Part shown: piece by piece, positions 21,447 through 35,206 of the stretch
How positions within the stretch are numbered: the stretch's first letter is position 1
Layout: each line of letters begins with the position of its first letter
Source: Takakia lepidozioides
Taxonomy: Eukaryota; Plantae; Bryophyta
Assembly: GCA_030704615.1 (NCBI GenBank)
Contig: CM060734.1
Coordinates: 21,080,001 to 21,144,000, forward strand
DNA: 64,000 nucleotides
Direction: 5' to 3'
Notes under the pieces: model-generated
Databases searched by the model: none
Seen by the model: the letters and a program-made list of their open reading frames with translations, nothing else
Told to the model about the DNA's origin: nothing
Made by a program: the position numbers and the translations under genes

Positions 21447-24400
21447 GAGTGCGTCTCCTATGTTGAGGTCCAAGTGCGACCTCTAGGGTAGCATGTGCCT
21501 TTGGCCCATGTATGAAGAGTTGAAATCTAAGACCAAGTGCAATTTCCTATGTATCCCAATGCGTCTCCTATGTTGAGGCCCAAGTGTGACATCTAGTGTA
21601 GTCTATGCCGTTGGCCCATGTGTGAAGAATTGAAATCTAAGTCCATGTGCAGTTTCCTACATATCCAAGTGCGTCTCCTATGTCGAGGAGCATCACGCTT
21701 GATGCGATGCGGAGATCGTTATACCTTTGCATGTTGGCATAAATGCAATCTACGCGACGGTTCGACATAAACTGCAATATTTTATTTATGTATCCAAGTG
21801 CATCTCCCATGTAGAGGCCCAAATGTCCAGTGTCATATAACTTGCCCAAGTGCAATCTCCTATGTATCCAAGTACGTCTCCCATGTCAAGGCCCAATTTA
21901 TTTTTCTCCACTAATTTATTGAGTAGTAATATATCCATTCGAGGCTCCCAGAAAAGCCCACTTTGCTATTTTTCGCGAATTTCCAGCAACCAAAAGCTTG
22001 AAATGTCACATCTCCCACACCGCAAGTCCAAAAATCATGAGAAGCCGGTGCACCCCTCCTCGTCGAGGGCTTTCCAACGTGCCTGCCAGAGTTCATCACC
22101 CCGAATGGAAATATGACGTCTTTTTTCGGGCGGATGAAGTCCTGTCGGGGTATGCCTCGGACAGGTGTCGACTTGGGCGAGAAAAGTTTTACTTTGAAAA
22201 TATGGTAGGGCAATATCCTTTCACCCAGTTTTTTTTTTTTCTTGAAATGTCACAAAAAATCCAGAATTTTACTTAAAAAGTTAATGTAATAAAGGGTTTT
22301 ATCTACAATATAATGTATCCATCCTTGTGAAGTTTCTCATATTTCATCCAACTCTAATCCATCAGGATGAAATCTTCTCAAAACTACCAAGCACCAGCGC
22401 CGGTGCTTTGCGGTTTGGGACATCTCAACGCTACAAAACAAAACAAAACAAACCAACACACTGGCTTCCTTCATATATTGACTAGGGTAGCCTCGGCCGT
22501 TGGCCCAAGTGTCCAGGGTCATGTAAGCCCAAGTGCAATCTCCTGCATTCAAGTGAGTCTCCTATGTCTAGGCCCAAGTATGACCCAAGTAGGACCTCCA
22601 GGGTAGCCTTTGTCGTTGGCACAAGTGTCCAATCAATATGTCATTTTTTTTCCACGAAATCTATGACCTGATTTGAACCGGAGACCTTTCCCTTGATATC
22701 TCTCCTGTTGAGGCTTCGATCATTGTGCTAGGAAAGCCCACTTTCCTATTTTTTGCGATTTTCCAGCCACCAAAAGTACTTGAAATTCGACATCTCCCAC
22801 ACCGCAGGTCCAAAAATCATGAGACCAAGCCCGTGCACCCCTCCTCACCGAGGCCTTTCCAACGGTACCAAGCACCAAGGTTGGGGCCCCGCGGTTTGGG
22901 ACATCTCAACGTGACAAAACAAAATAAAACAAAACAAACGTCTCGATTCATATATTGACTAGGGTAGCCTGTGCCGTTGGCCCAAGTGTCCAGGGTCATC
23001 TAAGCCCAAGTGCAATCTCCTATGCATTCAAGTGCGTCTCCTATGTCTAGGCCTAAGTGTGGCCTCCAGGGTAGCATGTGCCGTTCGCCATTGGCCCATG
23101 TGTTAAGAAATCTAAGTCCAAGTGCAATCCCCTATGTATTCAAGTAGCATCTCATATGTCAAGGTCCATGTGTGAAGAATTAAAATCTAAGCCCAAGTGC
23201 AATTTCTTATGTACCCAAGTGGGTCTCCTATGTCGAGGCCCAAGTGCGACCTCTAGTGTAGCCTATGCCGTTGGCCCATGTGTGAAGAATTGAAATCTAA
23301 GCCCAAGTGCAATCGTCTATACATGTATCCAAGTGCATCTCCCATGTACAAGCCCAGGTGTCCAGTGTCATCTAAGTCCAAGTGCAATCCCATATCTAAT
23401 CAGTTTATTATTATTATTATTATTCAGAGAGCCTACGACCAGATTTGAACCGGAGACCTTTCCCTTGATATCTCTCCCGTGGAGGCTCCAACCATTGTCC
23501 CGGGAATGCCCACTTTGCCATTTTTGCTATTTTTTGTGAATTTCCAGCGACCAAAAGTACTTGGAATTCGACATCTCCCACACCGCATGTCCAAAAATCA
23601 CGAGACCAAGCCTGTGCACCCCTCCTCGTCGAGGGCTTTCCAACGGTACCAAGCACCAGGGCTGGGGCCTTGCGGATCAGGACATCTCAATGTGACAAAA
23701 CAAAACAAAACAAAACAAAACAAACAAATCGTCTTCATTCATATATTGATCATACCCTAAGTATCCAATCAACATTTACAAACTAGGGGAGGTTCGAAAT
23801 ATACAGATTTATAATTCCAATAATCACCTTACCTAACTAAATCAATAGATGAATCAAGACATTTGTTTTGTTTTGTTTGTTTGTAGCGTCGTTGAGATCT
23901 CCCAAACCGTGAGGCCCCGACGCTGGTGCTTGGTGCCGTTGGAAAGCCCACGACGAGGAGGGGTGCACCGGCTTGGTATCATGATTTTTGGACGTGCGGT
24001 GTGTGAGATACGGAATTCCAAGTACTTTTGGTAGCTGGAAATTCATAAAAAATAGCAAAAATGGCAAAGTGGGCATTCCTGGGACAATGGTTGGAGCCTC
24101 GACGGGAGAGATATCAAGGGAAAGGTCTCCGGTTCAAATCTGGTCATATGCTATGTGGAAAAAAACTTACTTAGATGACATTGGACACTTGGGCCAACGG
24201 CAAAGGCTACCCTAGAGGTTGCATTTGGGCCTCAACATAGGAGACGCACTTTGATACATAGGTGATTGCAGTGGGACTTAGATGACACTTGACACTTGGG
24301 CCAACGGCACAGGCTACCCTAGAGGTCGCACTTGGGCTTAGATGACATTGGACACTTGGGCCAACGGCACAGGCTATCCTAGGGCCTAGAGGTTGCACTT

Positions 24401-26277
24401 GGGCCTCGACATAGGAGACGCACTTGGATACATATGAAATTGCACTGGATACATAGGAGATTGGACTTGGGCTTAGATGACAGTGGACAATTGGGGCTCT
24501 ACATGGGAGATGCACTTGAGCTTAGATGGGCCTCGCCATAGGAGACGCACTTGGATACATAGGAAATTACACTTGGTCTTAGATTTCAATTCTTCACATA
24601 TGGGCCAAACGGCATAGGCTACACTAGAGGTCGCACTTGGGCCTCGACATAGGAGACGCATTGGGATACATAGAAGATCTTACACTTGGGCTTAGAGACA
24701 CTGGACACTTGGGCCAATGGCACAGACTGCCCTAGAGCGCTTGGGCCTCGACAATAGGAGATGCAGTGGGATACATAAAAGATCTTCCACTTTAGCTTAG
24801 ATGACACTGGACACTTGGGCCAACGGCACAGGCTACCCTAGAGGTCGCATTTGGGCCTCGACATAGGAGACGCACTTGGATACATAGTGGATTGCACTTG
24901 GGCTTACATGACCCTAGACACTTGGGCCAACGGCACAGGCTACCCTAGTCAATATATGAAGCGAGACGTTTGTTTTGTTTTGTTTTGTTTGTTTTGTCAC
25001 GTTGAGATGTCCCAAACCGCGAGGCCCCAGCGCTGGTGCTTGGTACCGTTGGAAAGTCCTCGACAAGGAGGGGTGCACCGGCTTGGTCTCATGATTTTTG
25101 GACCTGTGGTGTGGGAGATACGGAATTCCCGGAGTACTTTCGGTCGCTGGAAATTCACAAAAAATAGCAAAAATGGCAAAGTGGGCATTCCTGGACAATG
25201 GTTGGAGCCTGCACGGGAGAGATATCAAGGGAAAGGTCTCCGGTTCAAGTCTGATCGTAGGCTCTCTGGAAAATAAAATGATTAGATATGGGATTGCACT
25301 TAGATGACACCGGACACTTGGGCCTATATATGGGAGATGCACTTGGATACATGAATAGAAGATTGCACTTGGGCTTAGATTTCAATTCTTCACACATGGG
25401 CCAACGGCACAGGCTACACTAGAGGTTGCACTTGGGCCTCGACATAGGAGACCCATTTGGATACATAAGAAATTGCACTTGGGCTTGGATTCCAATTCTT
25501 CACACATGGGCCTTAACATAGGAGACGCTACTTGAATACATAGGGGATTGCACTTGGACTTAGATTTCAATTCTTAACACATGAGCCAATGGCGCAGGCT
25601 ACCCTAGGCCTAGATCTCCCAAACATGAGGACCTCTAGATTCATAGGGGATTGCACTTGGACTTAGATGACAGTGGACACTTGGGCCAACGGCACAGGCT
25701 ACCCTAGTCAATATATGAAGCGAGACGTTTGTTTTGTTTTGTTTTGAGAAGTCCCAAACCGCGGGCCCAAGCCTTGGTGCTTGGTACCGTTGGAAAGCCC
25801 TCGGTGAGGAGGGGTGCATGGGCTTGGTCTCATGATTTTTGGACCTGCGGTGTGGAAGATGTGGAATTCCAAATACTTTGGGTCGCTGGAAATTCACCAA
25901 AAATAGCAAAAATGGCAAAGTGGGCATTCCTGGGACAATGGTTGGAGCCTCGACGGGAGAGATATCAAGGGAAAGGTCTCCGGTTCAAATCTGGTCGTAG
26001 GCTTTGTGGAAAAAAAAACTTACTTAGATGACATTGGACACTTGGGCCAACGGCACAGGCTACCCTAGAGGTCGCATTTGGGCCTCGACATAGGAGACAC
26101 ACTTGGATACATAGGGGATTGCAGAGGGACTTAGATGACACTTGACACTTGGGCCAACGGCACGGGTTACCCCTAGAGGTCGCATTTGGGCCTCGACATA
26201 CGAGATGCACTTGGATACATAGGGATTTGCACTTGGACTTAGATGACACTTGACACCCTGGCCAACGGCACATGCTA
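21447..26277. repeat. About 4.8-kb modular fold-back repeat: ~300-bp modules interleaved with short CCAAGTG-rich units, with an orientation switch at 23750-23841
   Basis: The module (aaaatcatgagaccaagc..gtgcacccctcctc..ctttccaacggtaccaagcacc..acaaaacaaaac) lies on + at about 21950, 22660 and 23420, and on - at about 23841, 24950 and 25710. The short units flip orientation likewise. Confidence 0.9.
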
Positions 26278-26647
26278 CAAAATTGCTACCCTCCAACTTG
26301 AAACATCTAAACAAAGAAAAAAAATCGTCTTAAAGCGGAGATACAGGTGCATCCATTTAAACAATCCCTAGTCAATGGAAGTCAATGTTCCTCCAAACCA
26401 CGTAGTTCCAAGCTTGAGTAGTCACGCACCTTTACACACCCTTGGGAAGAACACAAGTGTAACAACTGTTCACTATGAGTGCTACCACTGGCTCCTTCAC
26501 AAATACCCTAGTCACAAATACAGCCAACCACATGAAGGCAGTAATCGACAGCCTAAGTGGCTCTTAGTTACATTGGCTGCACGGGAGGCTTCTCTCTAAA
26601 TCTCTAGGAAAATTACTAATATATAACGAAATACTAAAATAATGATA

Positions 26648-26881
26648 ATATATATATATATATATATATAAGATAGAATATAAAAAATAAAAATAGCTGC
26701 TTTATTTTTAGAAGAAAAAAAAGAGAGAGAGAGAGAGAGAGAATGACAATGGTATAAAATAGACCTCGTTTGTAGGAAAAGGGAAGAGAGCAGAGTCCCG
26801 CCCTGTATGTGTGTGTGCGTGCGTTAGGGTTTGGAGCTCTCTCTCATCCCAGCTGCTGCTGTGTGTGTGTGTGTGTGTGTT
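26648..26881 (+). repeat. (TA)n, (AG)n and (GT)n microsatellites in the promoter/5'UTR of the DUF1296 gene
   Basis: (TA)n at about 26648-26670, (AG)n at about 26722-26742, (GT)n at about 26860-26881. Confidence 0.9.
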
Positions 26882-26995
26882 TGTTGCAGGGGTTTGTGCT
26901 CCATCAGGTCATGCTGTAGCTGGAACCAGCAGAACCCTCGGCCCTCACCTTCCTGCGGAGAGAGGGAGGAGAAGAGGGAGGAAGAAGGGGAAGGA

Positions 26996-29900
26996 ATGAG
27001 CAGCAGCAGGGCGGGGATGGGAGGGGGTGGGGGCACCTCGGCAGGAATACCTGCCAATGCCCGGAAGGTGGTCCAGAATCTGAAGGAGATAGTGGATAAC
27101 AGTGATGATGAGATCTACGCAATGCTTCAAGAGTGTAACATGGACTTGAACGAGACTGCACAGCGCCTCCTCAATCAGGGTCCTCCTCTCTGCTCCTTGC
27201 ATTTGTGCTGAGCCAGCTGTATTCTGTCGTGTCTGAGAGATTATCTAGCCTGCGTTGTTTCTCACCTCTTTCAGTTTGTCGTTTTCATTGGTGTCCTCTG
27301 TTTAGCAAGTTAGCTCACCCCCTTGTCTTTGACATTGTCATGTCCTGGCAAGTAATGCATTGCATATATTTTTGTCCCAACTATCTGGTTCTTATAGGAG
27401 TAGCTCCGTTGCTTTGACCCGGCGGTAGGTAATACTGTCATCTCTTGTAGTTCTCTCGGATTATATACACGGGGCTATTTGAAGCATTCTATTTCCACTA
27501 TGTTGTCTACTTTCAATCTCAGTGTGTCTTTTGATGACACTGGAAGTGTTCCTGTGGTTTAGAAGGGAACTTGTTTCCTTATCATTTCGTTAGACTCTTA
27601 GTGTCTGATTCGCGACCGTGAGCTTTCTGGCAAGTCCTATATCTGAGCCTGACCTCAGTAGTGTCCCTCATCTGTATCCATTCTATTTTTCTGTCCGAGT
27701 AGTGTGCTTTTTTGCGGAGTTGTTGGAATTGGCCCTAAATTGTTTTTGCTCTGGTGCATGAACGCCAGCTATTTGAAGTCCCGGTTGGTTGGAAACTTCT
27801 GATTTAGTTTGCACGCTTGTTGATTATATGCTTGTTTTTCTTTCGCTGGATTTTGCAGGAGGTATTGGAGCTGCGCCTTTCTTCTCGTGTCAAGCTCCTC
27901 AAGTAGCTAACTATGTTGTTTGTCTCTCTTCCACAGACATGTGTCTCTATATGTTGGGTGCTGATATTTTCTGTTTTGGCTGGTGCAGACCCCTTCTTAG
28001 AAGTGAAGCGGAGGCGAGATAAGAAGAAAGAGGTGAGTTACTCATTTTTTTTCATTTCAGTTGCAATGTATTGACATATATCAGAAAGTAGCTGTAGATC
28101 TTCATGCCTCCTGCAGACCTGACAACAATCTGTACTGTCTATTTATCAAATTGCAGCAGGTCAGTTCTAGCCATTTCCTCATGAGTCAGGCTTATGAAGA
28201 CAAGCTTGATTTTTTTTATCCTGATAAGGGTACGGAAACAAGGCATTTAGGGAGGATCGCTGATGTATTCCATTCCAATACCTTTTCTTATGGGTGCACA
28301 TGCATCATCATCTGCTTACCTCATATGCTCATTAAAGGTCTCCAAATGCTTGCATCACAGTCGTTGGAATCTGGAGGGTGCTATGTGTCTGACAATTGGT
28401 TGCACCCGTTCTGGGTATTAGGATTCCCACACCAAAATGCCCTCCACTAGTGGCACAATTGAGGCCTCTTTTTCACATTCATCCAGTTGAAGGGATGCCC
28501 TAACCTAGTAATTGCAAGATACTAAGCCAGGAGTCAAGTTTTCAACCCTACATGACTCAGAACAGGAATGGTCCATAAGATCAAATCTCAGTATCGTAAA
28601 CCAAGCAGAGATGGCTAGATTCACAGCAGAGAACTGTTGTGCTCGGATGGAGTGCACCTCAAAAGACCACTACCTATCCAGTATATGATAAGGTCCAAAT
28701 GTTATCCAGATGATTCTGGATCAAGCCAAGTGGACACCATACTCTGCTGTCAGCAAGTATGGTTAGAGGTGTAATTTTAAGTTGGTGCTAAGTTGTCAAT
28801 TCCCATTCTAAGTACAATTAATGCAGTGAAGCCAGGTACTCCCTATCATTGGCTTTTTATGCCTGGTTATGAAACCTCTTCCTCACAGCTCCGATATCAT
28901 CGTTGTGAACTGTGCTTTTGATGGATTGGGAATTTGTGTTGTACTGGACAGCCTCATTGAAGAGGAGACCCTGTAGTGCAGTGGGAAAGAATAGTACAGG
29001 AGATCTTGCTGCCTCATGGATGTTTATGCATAGTGTTAGATTGTGTCTGGACATCACCATCTTTGAGTACAGGGAGGTATGGACTGGTGAGTGAGGGATA
29101 AGTGTTGCTGTAGATTGGAGGAAACAAGGACTCAACAGACATGCGAGGAAGGCTTGGCAGTGGAGGCAACACCTTCCGAGGGGGCCGTGGTGGTGCTGGC
29201 AGGGGAAGTTTCAGCTCCCGACATTCTTCCTTTGGTTAGTCTTCTTTCACTCAATTCTCCATGTTGGATTCGTGAGAGACAGTCACCAAGTCTGTACCAC
29301 TTTGTCAGTTTACGGGTTCAAGATGAATCCGTGTTTGTTGTTTTGTTTGTTTCCATGCCTATTTTGTCCTTTATTTATTTATTTATTTTAGGGTCTCTTT
29401 TTTTCTTTTCTTTGCTGTTTGTTTCTGGTTTTCTCTTCTGAACCATAGATCAGATCTTCTCAGTGCTTCTTTTGTGGCTACCTTTAATTGTAAGTATGCT
29501 CGATACTTCTAAGGATGTCTTGAATTTCAACGCACCTCTGAAGGTTGTTTTCCTAGCTGTTCAAACAAGATCTCTACGTTGATGCAGTGCCTATGTGATG
29601 AACTCCTTGTCTTGTTTGAAGGCTAATTTGGCATGATAAACCTTTGTGTTTGATGTTGGCATTTGTAGAGCATCCTGGTGGACGTGGCAGGCCACTAGGA
29701 ACAAGGGAGAATGGTGTTCATCGCAGTCCAAGAGGCCCCAGTACAGTCTCCACTCCTGCTTCATCCATTCCCATTTCGTCCTCTCCATCGCATGTTCCAC
29801 ATATGGCTGTATCTTCTGGCGCAAGGTGAGAACAGAGGCCTACATGTGTAGATGTGCGAGTTATCTGAAGAGGTAGTGGTCTGCCAGGAGTAATTAGTCT

Positions 29901-32900
29901 TGGATCATGGAAGCTGCTGCTTTGCACTGTACTGTGGTTGGCATGCATGAAGATGAAGGTTCTTGTCAAGTGTTCAGTGTCTATGAATTTCTGGATGCAG
30001 CCAGTAAAGTGCTTTTGTTTGAATTTCCATATTTGCAGTTCTGCAGCAACAACCACTGGCAGCTCAGCAGGGCTTGCAAATGGAAGTGCCCTCTATTTCC
30101 GGTCATCACCAGTTTCCCAAGGGACATGGGGCTCAGGACATGCAACCATGGCGGACATACTCAAATCCAATGGACCTTCACCGGCCCCACCTATTTCAGC
30201 CCAGGCTCTTGCGGTAGTGCAGCCTGCTCTGAGCCAGCCTTACGTGCCAGCTGCACCCATTGTGTCTCCAACCATGTCATCTGGATTTTACTCCTCTGCT
30301 ACAGATCCAGTGCTTCATCCATCTCTGGATCCCCGTGCCTCTAGTGGGCAAGGTGCAAAACGTGATCTAGGAACTGTGGGAAATCAACGGCCTATTGGAG
30401 ATCGCCCTTCAGCTTCTCTCTCTGTTGATGTTGGCTCTGTCTCAGCTTCTCCATCGCAGGGCTCGCAGGTGGCACAGACCATGGTGCCACTAGCTGCTTC
30501 AAGTAGCCTGGAGACAGATCTGGAAGTGCAGGCACTCAGGCCATCTACCAGAGCTATCTCTGCTTCTCCGCAATTGTTGCAAGAACTCCCTCTTGATGAC
30601 CCTGTTGTAGCAGGTCCTGGCAGCTCTACAGAGTCGCTATCCCACCAGGCTGGAGGGACTGTACCCTCAGGCATGGCAGGATCTACAGGTTCTCGAGCAG
30701 TAGTAAGTGGAAGTCAGTTCAATGGCAGATCTGTTTATCCTTCTCAGCAACATCCTGTCGGCTTGCAGAAAGGTAGAGCAGCATGCTCCTTGGTTGTCCG
30801 ACATGTCATAGGCGTTTCTGGAGGTTGTTTGTGATAAAACTAATATGTTTTGTTCTCACTACTTTTTCTCCTTGTGATCATAGATGGCATATTGGTGCCC
30901 AAAATGTCCAATGTACGAGTCAGGTGGTTTCAGATATGTAGTTAAGTTTGAGCCATTTGTTCATCAAATCATGGAGTTTGTCCACCTAAAATGCTGTGGG
31001 CATCATGCTCACATGAAATTTTGTATGGAATGGAGAGCAGCAACTGGATCTGGGTTGGAATGGAAGCCCAAAGCGGCAGTGCAGCACTCTCTTGGTGTGG
31101 TAACAGAGCTACCAACACCATCAACAATGGTAGGGGAGACATCAATGAATCTGCAAGCTCTCAGCATCCAGGATGACCAGCCTGTCATCATTCCCAATCA
31201 TCTCCAGGTGCCTGAAGCAGATCGCACGCGCTTGAGCTTTGGCAGTTTTGGGGCAGGCTTCGGAACCAGTTTTGGGACAAGCTATGGGGCTGAGGATGTT
31301 AGCAACGGTTCAGTCACAATCGCAGAGGTTACTCCAGCCATTGAGACTCCTGTTGAGCAGCCTGACCCTTCCAGGTATTATCACTTGGTGTGATGTAGGT
31401 GTGGAGCACTTTATATTACAACAATGTGGGGGTTTTGGATATGTGCGACCATCTCTCCAACAAGAAGTTGATTAAGAGGACTAACTTGTGGCATTGCATG
31501 ACTGTTCTGTACAGTGTCCAAGCACCAGTACCTGTGGCTCAGAGCTATGGGCATCAAGCAGTAGGAATGCCTGTGGAGAATACAGCTACCAGCAGTGAGG
31601 TGGTCGCTGTCAGTCTACCAGCCACAGTGGCTCCACAGCTTGAGCTTCCCAAACCTGAGCCATTGGTGCAGCAACCTTCTCATTATCCATATTTGCCAGC
31701 TGTTTCTACGTACCCTGTATTTGGCTTGATGCCTCAGCTTCCTGGTGGCCAGTATGCATATGATCCAGCTGATTCTCAACCACAGGATGTTTCACGTGTG
31801 CCAAGCATAATGGTACACCCCTGACGTTTTTGTCAAAGCCTCTTTTAAATTTTTGACCATTGCTCAGATGAGATTTGTCCCAGAAAGCCCTACCCTGCCG
31901 CCTGCTGTAAGGATTACCATTTTGGTAACACCAGGAGTCTGGTTGAGTCTTGTTCTAGGTTGGACAACATCAAGATGTTCACCATCATTTTTTTGTCCTG
32001 GATATGATCCACTAAGATCACATTACATGCCTTTGTATCCGATTCTGGTAAGAGTCCATCGTCCAGCATAGAGAAGGTGCTACATGCTGATGTAGGTGGC
32101 TGATGCTGTTTTGGGGTGTGATTCAGCAACCATACTCAGATCCAACTACAAGCTACTATACTCCAGGTTTTCGACCAGGGACAGATGGAGACGCACGGTA
32201 TTCTTCATTCATAACATCCAATGCAGCAAGCAAGTATAATGGGAATATGGGTCTCATAGCTGGCCCTAGTCTTCCATCTTCTCAAGAGGTGAGGGAGCTT
32301 CTGCTCTAGTTCATACTTGGTATTGGTAAAGATTGAAGAAGTTGCAGAATGAGCCATGTGGGCTGCTGTGGTGTTGTGCAGAGTGGGACCTCCATGCTGC
32401 AGCCAAGCGTGCCACCCACATCGCAACCTGGCAGCAATGCCCAGGCTGCTCCAAGCATGCCTCAACATGCACTATCCATGCATGCCTATACAGCGCAGGT
32501 GCCACTAGCCCATTATGGGAATGTTCTTGGTTACCAATATCTTCCATCCAGCTACACATACATGCACTCGCATTATCAGCACAACTACAGCCCAGGTAAC
32601 AGTGGGTATGGACAGCCACCCACGGGCTCCACTTATCCTCTTTCTGCTGCAACAAGTTACCCACTAGGTGGGGCTGCACCTGTCAAATATCCATTGCCGC
32701 AGTATAAGGCAGGCTCTGGCACAGGCAATGCTCCCCATTCTGCTGCTACTGGCGGTTATGGAGGCTTTACAGCAGCACCTTCAGGATATGCCACCAACGC
32801 CGCTGTATCAACTGGTAATGCAACCGGCTATGATGATGTTGTTGGCGCTCAGTACAAAGACAACAACACTCTCTACATCCCCAACCAGCAGGTGAAGTCT

Positions 32901-33984
32901 CATGGCCTTTTGGTCTGCTTCTGCCCGGTGTAGAATACTGGAACAGGTTATTTGGCTTGTGGTGTGTTTACTTTTTTATCTTGTTTTTGTTTTGTTTTGT
33001 TGGTCTCCTTTGTGCCATAGGATCAAAGCTGGTGCATGCCTTTAGGTGGGTATTCGAGCCATTTGTTATTAGCTATGAACGGATACATCTGTCCATCTGT
33101 TATCTGTGCCAGTGACACTGAGTGTTCGTGAAAGTGTGTGCTTCATGGTTAAGAATTTGAGTAAGGATGATGCCTGAGGAGAGAGATTACCTGGTGTAAG
33201 GATGTTGAGCCAAGGAGGTGGCAAGACATCTACCTAGTAATCTATTGACTTGGAGCTAACTTCTTGTGTGAGGTATTTTATAAATGAAAAGTATTTCCCA
33301 TAAATGTACATCAAGTGCATTCTTAAGAACTTTTCATCCATGAGCAGATTCTGATACCATGGATACACTGTATTGTCACTGCACATAGTATCTGATGGCA
33401 GCCCATATCTGTTCAGGCTCATCCTCTCACGTTAAGGGAGATATTGCAGGTGGCTGTGTATATTCAGCTACCTAACAATCTGTTAACTTTTAATGCATCT
33501 GTTACTAGGATGATGGTCTTGGTACTTGGGGTAGATCTATGTAAGCTATGTAGATGTTACAAGACTGGACGAAATGGCTGGTCTTGCATCCAGATCAAGA
33601 CCAATTGGCTTCTTGGACTGGATTTTGAATGAAATGTTCATCGTGGGGGTGGTCTTTGCACCACAGATGGAGGGCTCGACAGTGTGGATTCAGACTCAAA
33701 TGCTGCGGGACATGGGGCCTACAACAGGCATGCAAGGAAGTTCCTACTATAATCTGCCAGGCCAAGGCCAGCACAGTGCTTATGCTCATACACAGCAACC
33801 CACACATGGGCATGCGCACCCAGGTGCAGCATATCCAAATGTTTACCATCCTTCACAGTCAGGCCCTGCTCCCACTGCGCAGCAGTTGCTGCAACAACCC
33901 CAGGTTGGAGGTGTTGGTAGTGCACAAGCTGGAGTCTATCAGCAACCACAACGCCTGCAACAGACGTGGACCAATAACTACTAA
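26996..33984 (+). CDS. DUF1296 / GBF-interacting protein 1-like protein (N-terminal UBA-like domain, RGG segment, Q/P/Y-rich C-terminus), 10 coding exons
   Basis: Exons 26996-27179, 27989-28032, 29114-29234, 29669-29825, 30039-30772, 31041-31374, 31515-31812, 32127-32288, 32382-32891 and 33667-33984 are all GT-AG and phase-consistent. Motifs: IPANARKVVQNLKEIV..DEIYAMLQECNMDLNETAQRLLNQDPFLEVKRRRDKKKE, EWKPK, VIIPNHLQVPEADRTRLSFGSFG. Confidence 0.92.
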
Positions 33985-34767
33985 CTGGGGTGATTTGACT
34001 TGATTACATTGATGCTGAGTGAGACTTCTTTCTGGATGGCAGTGAGAAGGCCAGTAGGAGGCTTGGTGTAGCTGGATAGGCAGAATTAGCTGGGGCCAAG
34101 AGGAGGCCTGAGAAGAGTGTACATACAAGTTTGACGAAAATGGTAGAATGTCGATGGCAAATTCAAATTGAAGTCTTTGCCAGACACATGCATTTGATCA
34201 GGATGGTGTGTCACAGGCCCAACAACAGATTGACGACATACATTGGTGCGCAAGCTCCTAACACTGTACCGTTGCATACTGTCGTGCCCATGTATCAGTC
34301 TGACCACTGGTTTTAGCGGTTGCTGGATGCCTTTGTAATTGTGTAGTTTTCTCCTGTGGCTCTTTCTCGTGAGTTCACTAATCTCCTCTGGCCGGTCACT
34401 CTGGAGCCAGTCGCCTTATTTGTCGTACATCATGGTCATTGTGTAGTCAGTACATGGTTTGGCATGACCAAATAGAGGTCCACAACTCCAAGGCTTTGTT
34501 GACTATGGGCCTCTAGGCTACAGAAGGCTCCAAGGAGTTGACGTCTCGGTACTAGACTGTTGTCAGTAGTCCAGTTTTAACCCTTGTGAAATAGGGAACC
34601 ATTATAAACTTATTTTAGTAAATTATAGGTCTCATCTCTTATGTAAATGTGGTATCAGAAGATCGTCCTTGGCAACAAACATTGCCTGCACCTGCAGCTT
34701 AAGTTCACTTAGTTGCTGTTGATTGGGCTTTGTGGAAGACTATGCTGGTTGAAGAATGTCAGGTTTT

Positions 34768-35206
34768 GCTTAAGAGCTTGTATCAGTCTTCCAAACTTGA
34801 GGGGTGTTAAGTCAGAATATTCTAGTGTGTTGTGCAGGGTCATCAATGACTATGCAGGATTGGTGCTTCGCTTGTCTAAGTCTTACAAACTTGAGGGCCA
34901 ATGGATGTATGTCAGAATATTCTAGTGTGTTGTGCAGGATCACTCAATGACTATGCAGGATTGGTGCTTCTCGGTTCTTAAGAGCTTGTATAAGTCTTAC
35001 AAACTCGAGGGCCGGCGGATGTATGTCAGAATATTCTAGTGTGTTGTGCAGGATCACTCAATGACTATGCAGGATTGGTGCTTCTCAGTTCTTAAGAGCT
35101 TGTATAAGTCTTACAAAATTGAGGGCGGGTGGATGTATGTCAGAAGCCTCTAGTGTGTTGTGCAGGACCACTCAATGACTATGCATGATTGGTGCTTCTC
35201 AGTTCT
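34768..35206 (+). repeat. Tandem repeat, unit of about 100-118 bp, about 4 copies
   Basis: gtcagaatattctagtgtgttgtgcagga..caatgactatgcaggattggtgcttc recurs at about 34811, 34911, 35026 and 35139. Confidence 0.9.

Noticed and set aside
21850-26314. Many short ORFs (KNHETKPVHPSS.., CRGPSATS..) as genes
   Set aside because: They are translations of the repeat modules on both strands, with frequent frameshifts.
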